A DNA stretch of 48,124 nt, the filler included, from Catajapyx aquilonaris (Eukaryota), in assembly GCA_000934665.2 (NCBI GenBank). It is 2 parts of 2 records of this genome, joined end to end, with 100 filler letters (N's around TTAATTAATTAA, not from the genome) between each part and the next. Parts side by side here need not be neighbours in the genome. Positions count along the whole stretch, not along the records: positions 24,099 to 48,124 come from JYFJ02005590.1; 1 more part is not named here. One strand, given 5' to 3'. The notes under the pieces were generated by a model. The model saw nothing but the letters and a program-made list of their open reading frames with translations. It was not told where the DNA came from and did not search any database. This document shows, in pieces, positions 24,488 through 35,444 of this stretch (position 1 is the first letter of the stretch; every line of letters starts with the position of its first letter). Made by a program: the position numbers and the translations under genes.

Positions 24488-24907
24488 AAAGGACTGGATA
24501 ATTTAATAGAGATACATTATCGTGCAGCTGGCCAGGTGGATTTATTGCATTACTCCATCAGTATGATGGGGGAGGAAAAGTGCTAGTTATCCTAAATGGA
24601 CATGCAACACTAATTATGTGGATTATTTTATTGTGCATATCATTTTATCATCCACTGATGTGAAATGTATGTAGAAAGTTTTAACAATCACATTTTGGGT
24701 CTCTGTGCCTTTTCTTCTAGCTCATCGTCCTTGATATGATCACTGCTGGGACATCAGGCAGATTCAGCAATTACGCACTGCCATCTCTGTTGAAACAATA
24801 ATAATGTTAATAATGATAATAATAATATCATCGCTGGAACAGTGATTGTCAGGAATGTTGGGAAGGGAGGCTTGATTGGTGGAGTCAATTGGAACAATTG
24901 ATTTAAC

Positions 24908-25480
24908 TTACTGTTTGTTTTCCAGAATCTTCCTCGCCCGAGGGAAGCCATTCTCTGTAGCGATGAGGAGAGGGGTGCGTCCTGAAATGTTGGGCTGGCT
25001 GAGTTTGGCCCCCATTCCAATCAGAAGCTTCAATACCGCAGTGCAGTTATTTATGGCTGCAACATGAATGGGTGCATTTCCGTCCTCATTAGCCTGATCC
25101 AGATGTTGGGGTTCCTTCTTCAGGAGGATCTCGCAGATGTCTACGTGCCCTCCTTTTGCAGCGTAGTGCAACGGAAGGTCGTTGTTTATGCCCATTTTGC
25201 ATGGGTCTGCGTTGAGGGACAGGAGGACTTCGGTGGTCTCAGTGTGTCCTTTTTCTGCTGCCAACATCAGTGGAGTCATACCTGAGAATACCTCAGTAGA
25301 ATTGACATCCGCGCCTCTTTGGACCAGCTGGCAGATTATTTGGGACTGGCCCTTCTCGGCTGCATTATACATCAGATTGTTCAGGTCTTCTTCATCCTTG
25401 TCTTCATCGGAGCTGTCACTGGCGGCGGTGTAATTACTAATCATTGAGTTGTCGGACTCTTCATCCTTGCTGAAGTCCAT
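24908..25480 (-). CDS. Ankyrin-repeat-only protein 1 (~5 repeats, acidic N-terminus; uninterrupted CDS)
   Basis: TPLMLAAEKGH, LPLHYAAKGGH, APIHVAAINN, TPLLIA motifs. First ATG at 25480; the paralogous start is ATA at 25510. AATAAA near 24630. Confidence 0.88.
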   Translation of the reverse strand: MDFSKDEESDNSMISNYTAASDSSDEDKDEEDLNNLMYNAAEKGQSQIICQLVQRGADVNSTEVFSGMTPLMLAAEKGHTETTEVLLSLNADPCKMGINNDLPLHYAAKGGHVDICEILLKKEPQHLDQANEDGNAPIHVAAINNCTAVLKLLIGMGAKLSQPNISGRTPLLIATENGFPRARKILENKQ

Positions 25481-26391
25481 GGCGTCAGCTAGATCTAGTT
25501 TGTCCACTATGGCTGAATGATGCTAAGAACTAATATACATGATGCTAAGTAGAGTTATACAATATGTGAAGTTAGAATTGCATGAGCTGTACTCACATAG
25601 AGCTGTAACTGATGAACTATGTAGAGTTTGCCGACTTAAGCACACCTTGAGCGATAGATAAGGAAACTGTTGGCAAGGCGATTATTGCTATCCAAGTTTT
25701 ATCATTTGGTTGTTCCAGAGAATATATTACATGCGGAGAAAAAGTAAGCCGCTATCTTCCCTGGTATTGAAAATGTATTTATCATAATTATTAAGGCTTT
25801 GTGAGTGTTCACATACCTTGATAAAACATTATCATATCTACCGTACTTTACCCTCTATACTAGCAAAATATATCCAAATGTCTCCACCGACTCCTGGAGC
25901 TGGTGGAATCCCAACAAATCCACAGTAAGCTCTATGGATGATAATATGGCATTTACGGTAAAGAGGTTTGTTATCTGTGCTACTTGAAATTTGTACTACC
26001 GGTACTTAATTTTCACAATAGACAATAGTCATCCTGTATGGACCAGTCAAGATGAATATGATATGCATTTATTGTGCAGATAATTTTATCATCCACTGCC
26101 ATGAAATGTACAGATACAAGTAGGTTTTAAAAATCACATTTTAAGTGCCTGGGCCCGCTTTTCTAGCTCATCATCATTGAATTGACCACCGCTGGGGACA
26201 TCAGGCAGGTTCATCAGTGCTGCACTGGCATCTCTGTTGGTTGGTTGGAATAATAATATCAGTAAAAACTATAGTAGGCTATACCAGTACAACAATAATA
26301 ATAATAATAATGACGATGATTTTGCTTTACACAGATTGGCAGGAGATATGGGAAGCGAGGCTTTGATTGGTGCGGAATCAGTTGAGCGAAC

Positions 26392-26988
26392 TTACGCTTC
26401 AGAAACTTTGTTCTCCAGGACAGCACCTTTCTTCACCAGAATCTTCCTCACCACAGGGAAGCCCATATCTGTAGCAATGAAGAGAGGCGTGTGTCCCGAA
26501 TTGTTGGGCTGACTAAGCTTGGCCTTCATTCCAATCAGGAGCTTCACCACCTCAGTACAGTTGTGCCTGGCTGCAACATGAATGGGTGCGTCACCCTCCC
26601 TGTTCGCCTGGTCCAGATGTTTCGGCTCCTTCTTCAGGAGGATCTCGCAGATGTCCCTGGAGGAACCTTTTGCAGCGTAGTGCAACGGAAGGTTCTTGTT
26701 TTTGTCCATCTTGGACGGGTCTGCGTTGAGGGACAGGAGGACTTCGGTGGTCTCAGTGTATCCGTTTTCTACAGCCAGCATCAGTGGTGTCACATGCAAG
26801 GTACCACCGACGGCGTTGACATCCGCGCCTCCTTTGACTAGCTGACGAATAATTCCGGTCTGGCCCTTCTCGGCTGCGTTGTGCATCATTGTCTTTCCGT
26901 GGATGTCACCTTCATTCAGGTCCTCATTGTCGGAGTCGGACTCTTCGTTGGGGTTGAAGTCCATGGCTTCAGCTAGTTTGTCCACCAT
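26392..26988 (-). CDS. Ankyrin-repeat-only protein 2 (5 repeats, acidic N-terminus; uninterrupted CDS)
   Basis: 198-aa ORF with gccATGG start and five ankyrin consensus repeats. Tandem paralog of 24908-25480 including UTRs. Confidence 0.92.
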   Translation of the reverse strand: MVDKLAEAMDFNPNEESDSDNEDLNEGDIHGKTMMHNAAEKGQTGIIRQLVKGGADVNAVGGTLHVTPLMLAVENGYTETTEVLLSLNADPSKMDKNKNLPLHYAAKGSSRDICEILLKKEPKHLDQANREGDAPIHVAARHNCTEVVKLLIGMKAKLSQPNNSGHTPLFIATDMGFPVVRKILVKKGAVLENKVSEA

Positions 26989-27510
26989 GGCTGAATGATG
27001 CTATACGAAACTAAGAAATGCAGACAAACACAATTAGAATTACATGAGCTGTACTCACGTATGCGCGATTGAGTTATCCTCTGTAGAGTTTGGGGGCTAA
27101 AGTAGACCTTGAGCTGTCGATACGGAAAAGGTTGGCAAGGCGATTATCGCTATCCGGTTTTTATCATTTGGTTATTCCAGGGAATTACAGGCGGAGAAAA
27201 CTAAGTTTTGTTCAGTGCATTAGATGTGGTGGATATCCTTGTCTGTAGGGACCATTTTTTGATATACTGTACCGGTTGTGGGTGATATGGATATCTTATC
27301 ATGGAAGTTTAGATTAACGGCTGTAATGGTCACCTAGCATTTTAATTTTGTGCATGTAGACTTGAGACGTTTACAATTGTAATATTGCTATTCATTATTG
27401 TCAGACCGTTTTGAAATTGTATTATGTTCTTTTTGTAATTGCAATCAAAATTAACACCAGCAGGAATGTGGTATGAGAAATAAATGGCGATTGTCAAAAA
27501 GTGGTTGAAT

Positions 27511-28074
27511 TTATTGTGGGGACATTTTGCCTTTCCGGAGGGCACCCTTCTCCTGCAGTATCCCAAGGATGACTTTATGGTTCTTTGAGGTGGCAATGAA
27601 TAGAGGTGTCTGATTGTCCTTGTTAGGTTCGCTAAGGTCAGCATTCATCTCGACCAGCATCCTGATGACCTCTGTGGAGTTGTGCCTAGCAGCCACGTGA
27701 ACCGCACTGTCCCCGTCGTTGTTGGCCTGGTTCAACTGCTCTGGGTTCGTGTCCAGGAGGATCTTGCACCCTTCCTTGTACCCACCCTGGGCTGCCATGT
27801 GCAAGGGCAGGTTGCCCTTGTAGTCCCTTATCCCAGGATCCGCCCCTAGGGCTAGACACTGCTTCACCGCCTTGAGGAACCCTCTGGAACTTGCCAGATG
27901 CAGTGGTGTTTGTCCATCCGTCTCTCTCCGGCAGTTGATATCGGCTTGACAATTGACCACCAGCTGGAGGATGCTGGTTGACGACCCCTTCATTGCTGCG
28001 TGATGGAGCATGGTGTTTCCCTCCATATCCGGTTCCTCCATCTGCTCGGAAATTTTGGACAACCTGCCGGACAT
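27511..28074 (-). CDS. Ankyrin-repeat-only protein 3 (5 repeats; uninterrupted CDS)
   Basis: 187-aa ORF with GNTMLHHAA, GQTPLHLAS, GNLPLHMAA, GDSAVHVAA, NQTPLFIA. Collinear with the other two. Confidence 0.92.
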   Translation of the reverse strand: MSGRLSKISEQMEEPDMEGNTMLHHAAMKGSSTSILQLVVNCQADINCRRETDGQTPLHLASSRGFLKAVKQCLALGADPGIRDYKGNLPLHMAAQGGYKEGCKILLDTNPEQLNQANNDGDSAVHVAARHNSTEVIRMLVEMNADLSEPNKDNQTPLFIATSKNHKVILGILQEKGALRKGKMSPQ

Positions 28075-28197
28075 TGGCCATGGACACTAACGGTACATTA
28101 TTCACCAGCGACACTGATAAGACTGTCAGCCACTGATAAGTATAGGTACTACCTGATACATTTTATTAATCACAGATGGCATTGGTGCAGTACAAGA

Positions 28198-30954
28198 TTA
28201 AGACAATTCGCAAATAAAGAAGAGATGTAAATCGCAGTTCTTCAAGATATATGGCTGCTGGTAAGGCCCTGCGTAGTGATAAACAGGACATTTCTTTGAT
28301 GAAACATCCTGATCACCATCTTCCAATTCATCCTGGTCCTCTTCGCCTTGAAAGGGGGTCACAGGTTGTTGCATCCAGTAGAGCCTCTCTTGAGATGGCC
28401 GAGTGTTGTCTAGTCCCAAGAAGGTCAGGAGAAGCTGTGCTTCTTCAGGGTGGTCCACGCTCAGAAGATGCGAGTGATGGAGGCGGTCACACAGGTCATG
28501 AGATTCATTCCAGGTTTTCTTCATTTCCACCACATAGTAGCAGCCTCTGCGACCCCACTTTCTGAACGGAAGAGGACAAGATGTGCCTGGAAAATTGAGT
28601 CAGAATTTCATCTTGAACATGTCTCAATATGTGACAATGATTTTGTTACCTGCTGAAGAAGAGGAAGTGGCAACTCGACGATCTGTCTCGCAGACGTACG
28701 GCAACAACTTCTTGCAGTCTATCTCGTGACGGTTATTATGGCGATACTCGTTGTCTGTTTCTGGACCGAAGTTGATCACATCACATTCTTGATAGTCAGT
28801 AGGTGTCTTCCAAGCCCAGGGACGCTGTATGGCTTGGTAAGCTGATCCAACGTACATGTCCACAGTATTGACTGCACAATGAAATGAAATTACCACAATT
28901 GTAATGCATTTTTTTATATATCAAAAACGTGCCTTTTGCTAGAAGTCTTGACAACAAACGATGCTCCAAGACCGAGTCTACAGACACCAGATGAGCATCC
29001 AGTTTCTCACAAGCAGCTTTCGCTGCCAGGAACGACAGTATCTCTTTCCCTATGTGGTAACATCCCATCAGCCCCAGTTGCATAAAGCGACTTGGACACC
29101 ACCGTTGAGCCTCAGGTTTCTCTGTCAAAATTTGTACACCATTTACTGCTAGAATTACTTTAAAATAAGCGAATTATTACTAGGGGCAATCCAGTGCCTC
29201 ATATGTGTTTGGCAAATATATGACCTCCTTGAGACGCAATCAACTTTAGACCACAAGTATTCATGTCTCTCCGACAACAACAAGCACTGATGCTGGTCGT
29301 TGGAAGCTGCGTTGTCTTCAGTCAGCCATTGGGCGAAATACATCGGTGTTTGACCATCCTCCCATAGCCATTCACCCTTCTGGTCCAGATCACTGGCTCC
29401 GAGGTAGTAGTCTCTAGGTGACACTGACGAATATTGAGGTAATCAGAGGGGGACATATTAGTTGCGTGTTGTACATACATAGGTAGAGGTATTCCCTGAG
29501 TGCGGTCATCTGCGCTTTGGAGTGGATTGTCGCGAGGTGTCCCCCATGGAGGTTGCGACAGTGCATCATGGCGGCGTCCCAGGTGGCGGTGAAGATCCCG
29601 CTGAACCAATAGCATTCAGGAGAAGATGCTGAAGAAGAGCCAGCCACTGAGACATAGCCTGGTGGACAGTCCACGATTGCGTTGGGACGCCTCCTGGTCT
29701 CACAGACGAACCTCATGGCTCTGAAGCACGGAACAGGCGTCCATGTCGGGTTCAGGGCTAAGCATGTGTCAGAACCAGCGCTGTTGGAGTTGCTGGTGCT
29801 GCTAGAGTGTTCCTCCTCCTCTTCCTGTTGCTGCCAGTGGGTGTAAATAAGAGGCCGAAGCGATGGTGCCCAGAGCCATCCGTCTGTCAAATGGTACCTG
29901 GCTCCGACCCAGAAACCGGAGATGGCCTCCTCCTGGCTCATATGGTAAGCAGCTTGCATTGTCAGGATTCGGTCCAACTGGGCGTTGTCGATCTTGGCCA
30001 GTTGGGCTCCCAGCATGTTGCAGGCTGAAGAAGCGGTGTACCACGAAGAGCTTTTCTGCTGGCTGAAGTAGAAGCAGCCTTCTGGACCCAAACGGCTGAA
30101 CCCAGGTGGACATGGCGCCAGCACCTCTGATTGGGCTGAATCCATAGTGTTAGCGATGTTCAGAAGCTAGTAAATGGCTGACTTACCATGTGCCACCCAC
30201 AAACTGGAGGTTGTTTGGCAAATGAATGACCTGTGCCACGAGCAAGGATGGATGGTCCAGTGGAGGTCCTTCCTGATGGCCATTGTGACACATAGGTCCT
30301 GCTGCTCCATCCTCTCCCCTGGAGGCTTCCTCTCTTGGTTCATCACCTGGCTGTTGCTCCAGTCTGAGAAGTGGAACGACATGTCTCCATCTTGTTCCTC
30401 TTCCCAACGCCAGCCCATTGAAGAGTGCCTGTTGTAATGGTGAGGACCGCTCCATTTCGCACCCAAGAAGTGATCCATGGGATTGGCTTGCAAAATGGAA
30501 ACAGCCAATTGTTGATTCTTGTACACTAGTTATTAGCTAACTTACTGCGACGAATGTAGCTTTTGATGACCTCATTTTCACTGGATGTGTGGACTGACAC
30601 TAGCTGACCTCCAAGAGCCCTGCATTTTCCTCTGGCTGCTTCCCATGTGTCCACATACGAACCGCTGAACCAATAACACTTTTTTCCTCCTGGTTCCAGC
30701 CTCACGAAACCCTCAGGACACCTCGCTTCTTCCTCTAAATCCTCCTGTTCCTCCGTGTCATCCTGGTTCTCTTGTAAGATGACCAAACTTCCTCCTTTGA
30801 AAGCACACTCTCGCTCTTGGGTCAGCGAGAACTGGTACTCCTGGTCGTCACGTGGCCACCAGCACGTGGTGGACACCACATACTCACTGGTGTTGTACGG
30901 AGCAGCAGGTACAACCAGTACCAGGAATAAAACCAAGAGTTTTTGCTTACCCAT
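28198..30954 (-). CDS. Secreted multi-domain C-type lectin A (signal peptide + 5 CTLDs, ~802 aa, 7 exons)
   Basis: Exons 30954-30546, 30486-30187, 30135-29479, 29423-29181, 29121-28933, 28871-28650, 28586-28198. Repeated CP.GF...GCY.F / W..A...C....L / (Y/F)ICE motifs. Signal MGKQKLLVLFLVLVVPAA; no transmembrane segment seen. Confidence 0.88.
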
Positions 30955-31831
30955 CACTAGGCTTCTTGGAACTTGGCTGACACTGATGAAAGTGCTTGCT
31001 ATCTTTGCCTACTTTGGAAATCAGCGTCATTCTCGCTGAGGTCATGACCTGAACAAGCAAATAGCTTGTTGTCAAAACATAGCCTCAAATGTTATTAACT
31101 CTTTCGTTTAACTGTTTTAACTGTTTCTCTTATATGTTAATCACCCCGATGCAGAGTTGTTAAAAAGAGGCTATAACATACCTGCAAGTCACCTAATGAC
31201 CTTAAAGGTACAACAATAGTATTGCAACAATCCCGCCACAAATCATGGCTGCATTCTTGCATATACTTACAGCGTGTATTGATTGCAGCAAAGGAATTTT
31301 GCATGATTGACAGTATAATTCACACCTGTCTGTTGTTACATCATATGCACCCATGCATTACTTCCTGCCAGGATGGGACTTCCGGATTTTCAGATTTTCA
31401 AGGATTCTTCTATATACCAGTGTTGGGCAATGGAGCACGAAATCATAAGTGGTGATTAGTATGTACGACAAGAATTTCGATTGAAAAATTATTCAGCTGA
31501 AAAGAGAGTGAATTGGTAGCCAGGTTACGTTATGGTCGTATTTTTATTATGAAGTTTTTTTAAAAGATACAATGTGAAGTGAAAGTATACAGAGGATAAA
31601 TTTTAACAAAATATTTACTGAAAACATTTGAATTAAGTGTTATTAGGTAGGCTAGAAATTAACAAAAGTTGATAAAAAATTTATTATACAGACCAGGTCA
31701 GTTACAAAAGAAACTTCCACAGTAATTAGTTGTCCTAAACAATTTGGCATGAAACTCCTACATGCCAGCAGCAACTTTTCAACACTAAATGAATTACAAC
31801 AATGTACGAGCCATCACCATAATAATAATTA

Positions 31832-34749
31832 TCACACTCCCTTTTCGCAAACAAAATATTTCTTCTCCGTACAAGGTGCGTGTCCAACCTTGGATATTCG
31901 CTTGGTAGTGTAATAAGAGTTAATGCACTCTTCGTGTGTGATAGCATTCCTCATGGTGTAATTCCACTGTGGAGTAGGAAGCAGGTAATCCTTCCATTTT
32001 GGACTGTCATCGCTGTACCAAACATCACCTGAAATACCAAGTGCTAGCAGGTACGACCGGACAGCCTCGCCCTGTTGGTACCCCGATGTCCTCATCAGGT
32101 ATCCATGGTTAATCTCCCAGCATGTCTCAGCAGCTTCCAGCCAATCAGCCTGAGTGTGACTGACATAATAGCAGCCGTCGTGCAACCTGATGTAAGGTCT
32201 TGGACACGGAGGTTTCCATAGTTCGCGACCTTCTCTCTGGCTCGTCTCGCATACGTACGGTAGCTTGTCGTGGCAATTCAGAGGTGGTCTCATGTAACCG
32301 TCCATTCCGTATGAACTGATTGGGTTGAAGTCGAACACATCGCAGTATTCTTCGTAGGTGATGTTACTCGGCATCTGGGGAAGCTCCTTCCATACCATGA
32401 AACCTGCTGGGTCTTCTATCAGGGTATTGCCCTTCGGTACACGATTGCTTGATCTAACAGCTGGAAAAAATTGTAATGACACATTGTTGGTTGGTGTCCA
32501 CTTTATGACTTACGGTGAAGCAGAAAACGAGCGAGGGTGTCGTTTTCCATTGCAGAATCTATCTGAAGAAGTGTTCCTCCTCTTTGTCGACATTCGTATT
32601 GGGCTCTGGCGAATGTGATTCGGTCGTCCAAAAATGCGGCGTAGCACCCTTGGAACCCAACCTCCACGTAGTCGATAGGACACTTCCGTTCAATGTTCGG
32701 ATTCACTGCCAACATTAGTAGATTGTTAACAGTAAATGGAATTAAACATACGACTCACATGTTGAGGTCCATATTCTCTGGTCCGTCTCGCATACGTATG
32801 GTAGGTGCTTGAAGCAGTCCATGTGGTCCCACTGATAGTCGGCACATTTGGAGCCTCTAAACCCTCCGCATCTGTATGCCAATCTTCTCTCCCATGTCCT
32901 TCCTTCGAACCAGTCAGTGAACAGCAACTGGGTCTGACTGTGTTGCCATAGCCAGTGTCCCATGTAGTTCAAGTTGGTCGCTCCCATGTAATGGTCCGTT
33001 AGGCCTGGAACTGCAATGGAAACAACGACGTCTCTTGCAAATATGGGACTGTTGGAGTCTTACCAGATCGCAAATGAGCTCGCAAAACTTCGTTTTCATG
33101 TCGGCTGTCCACAGAGGCCAGGTAGCCACCCTGTCGTTGACATTCGGTGACAGCGCTGGGCCAAGACGTTGTTATGACACCGCTGAAGTAGTAGCATCCT
33201 GCTGACCCAATCCGGATGAAATTTGGAGGACAGTCCACCGTCACAGGTTCTTCGTCTGAAATAATGCAACTGCTGCAACTGACTCCCAAAGACAAAGATC
33301 AAATGTGGCTAACCTCCGTCGAACCACACTCGTTCGTCAGTCTCGCAAATATAAGGCAGGACAGTGTTGCAGTCAACCTTGTCCCACTCTAAACCCAACT
33401 CTGGCATGTCCTTTCTGTTAGTGTAGGTAGCACAAGCCATATCCTTCCAGTGATGCGAGTGATGCGAATTGTATCGTTTGACAGGCCAATCAGCATACAG
33501 CACATAACGTCCTGTGTAACGCCATCTCCATCCCTCCTCGAAATATTCAGCCCCTATGTAGCTCTCATTGGAATTCCCTTCAAAATAAAGCACACATTAT
33601 TAACTGTCCATCATTTTGATAAGACGAAGGTTGTAATACAGAAACGAAGCAGCTCTTCTTTGAGTGCTAGGTCCTCTTCTTTGCTTTCAATTTCTACCAG
33701 GTACCCTCTCTTCCTCTCGCAATCCAACTGTGCATGGTTCCACGTCTTTCCTTCTGGGTTGTACTCATAACATCCTAATGCTCCTAGTTTGGTAAACCCT
33801 GTAGGGCAGCGTCCATATCGCTCGACAGTCACTGTTAAAAGGTATAGTGTAACTAACTGTGAGTTTAGAACCAGATATGCAATACTTACCCTGGTCTGTC
33901 TCCCACAATTTGTATGGACTCTCACAAATGAAGGCATGTTCCCTGGAGCACGGTACGTCGTCCCACTGAAAGTCTTCTTCGTATGAGAACAATGCGCAGG
34001 GGTCACTCTCATACCGGTCGTCCGGCTTCCCCAAGGCCCAGTCCCAGTACCTGACATAGTAGGACCTCAGACCACGAGTACTCTGACTCCACATCCATCT
34101 GCCTTCTCGGATGTATTTCCTAGCACCCAGCCAGTAGCTTTCATGTCGTGCTATCAATTAGAGACATACCGGTATCTAAAGTGTACATCAGATGTGTACA
34201 GTACGTATTTAAAAAAAATTTAACGTACAGTCCTCACTTGAATTGAGATACTCCTTGATGATTCGGTTCTCCAGTTCAGACTCGATGGACACCAAATGGC
34301 TGTTTTTCTCATAGCATATGGTGTGTGAGACATTCCAGGTCCAACGTTGCTTGGGGTCGCTGAAGTAGTAGCATCCAACATCGTCCAAAGGCATGAACCC
34401 TTCTGGACATCGCCATTCGCTGTGGATTTGTCTTAGCGACACTGCGTCTCTTACTTCTTCGTCTTCCTCATTCACATCTGGAGGAATCCTGCTTAAATTA
34501 ATCTTAAACTTAACGTACAGTACTCTACGTACTTGTAAGCTCAGAAGGTGCGTCCCAGTATATAGGCGTGACGTAAAACAACATATCTCCATCGTGCTCT
34601 TGACATAGTCGATCCTGCTGCATCCAACTTCCAATGGTGCCTCCAACCTCTTCTTCTGACACACATAGTGTCTCATTTGCTAGTATTCTCAAAGAACTGG
34701 TTGCACACAAATGTACTAAGGTCAGATTCACTACAGTAAACCATTTCAT
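31832..34749 (-). CDS. Secreted multi-domain C-type lectin B (signal peptide + 5 CTLDs, ~810 aa, 9 exons)
   Basis: Exons 34749-34533, 34477-34238, 34150-33890, 33831-33640, 33577-33314, 33255-33064, 33004-32759, 32705-32514, 32460-31832. All GT-AG and frame-consistent. Confidence 0.88.
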
Positions 34750-35444
34750 CCTCACTTGTATGCCGGAACTTCAGTCAGTTCCAAGCAAAAATGGCTGCTT
34801 GGATATCAACCCTGGACTCAATTTCTGCTCAGCTCGTGATTGGAAGCGAGAAAGTGACCTTTGACCCCGCCGGAAATTAGGCTTCTGGCGATATAATTAT
34901 GCGAACAGGGCCAAGCTATGCAATCATCCCACAAACTGTCCTTGAACCACCCACAAGATAATTATGAACCAGCATCATGACTGACCAAGGGAAATGAATC
35001 TTGCCTTGTATGTATCCGTTGATAAGCCAAAGTGTAACACTTGTTTGTCTCTATAACCTCTAAAAAATTATTTATATCTAGCCCCCAGTGGGTCACCACA
35101 GGTCATTGGAAATCCATATCTGGCCCACTTATTTGGCAAAAACAACATTGTAGAAAAGGGCACTGACATTATTGGAGGTCTGCACATATTTTCATTCATA
35201 ATTTGTCGACATAATAATTATTAAGTGAAACCTGCCCATACACGGTGGGTATATCCCCCGCCAGTCCGCCAGTCCGGGGGCGAAACGACGGGGGCGAAAA
35301 GTCCGAGATCCTACACGGTGTGCTGCTAAGTGTGTCTAGGGGCATGTGTTTCGGCAATGTTAGGTTAAATAACCAACCTGTAGTTCGTTGTTTGGTACTT
35401 TATTGTACTGTATATAAAAAAAGGAAAGTGAGCAATACACAGAA

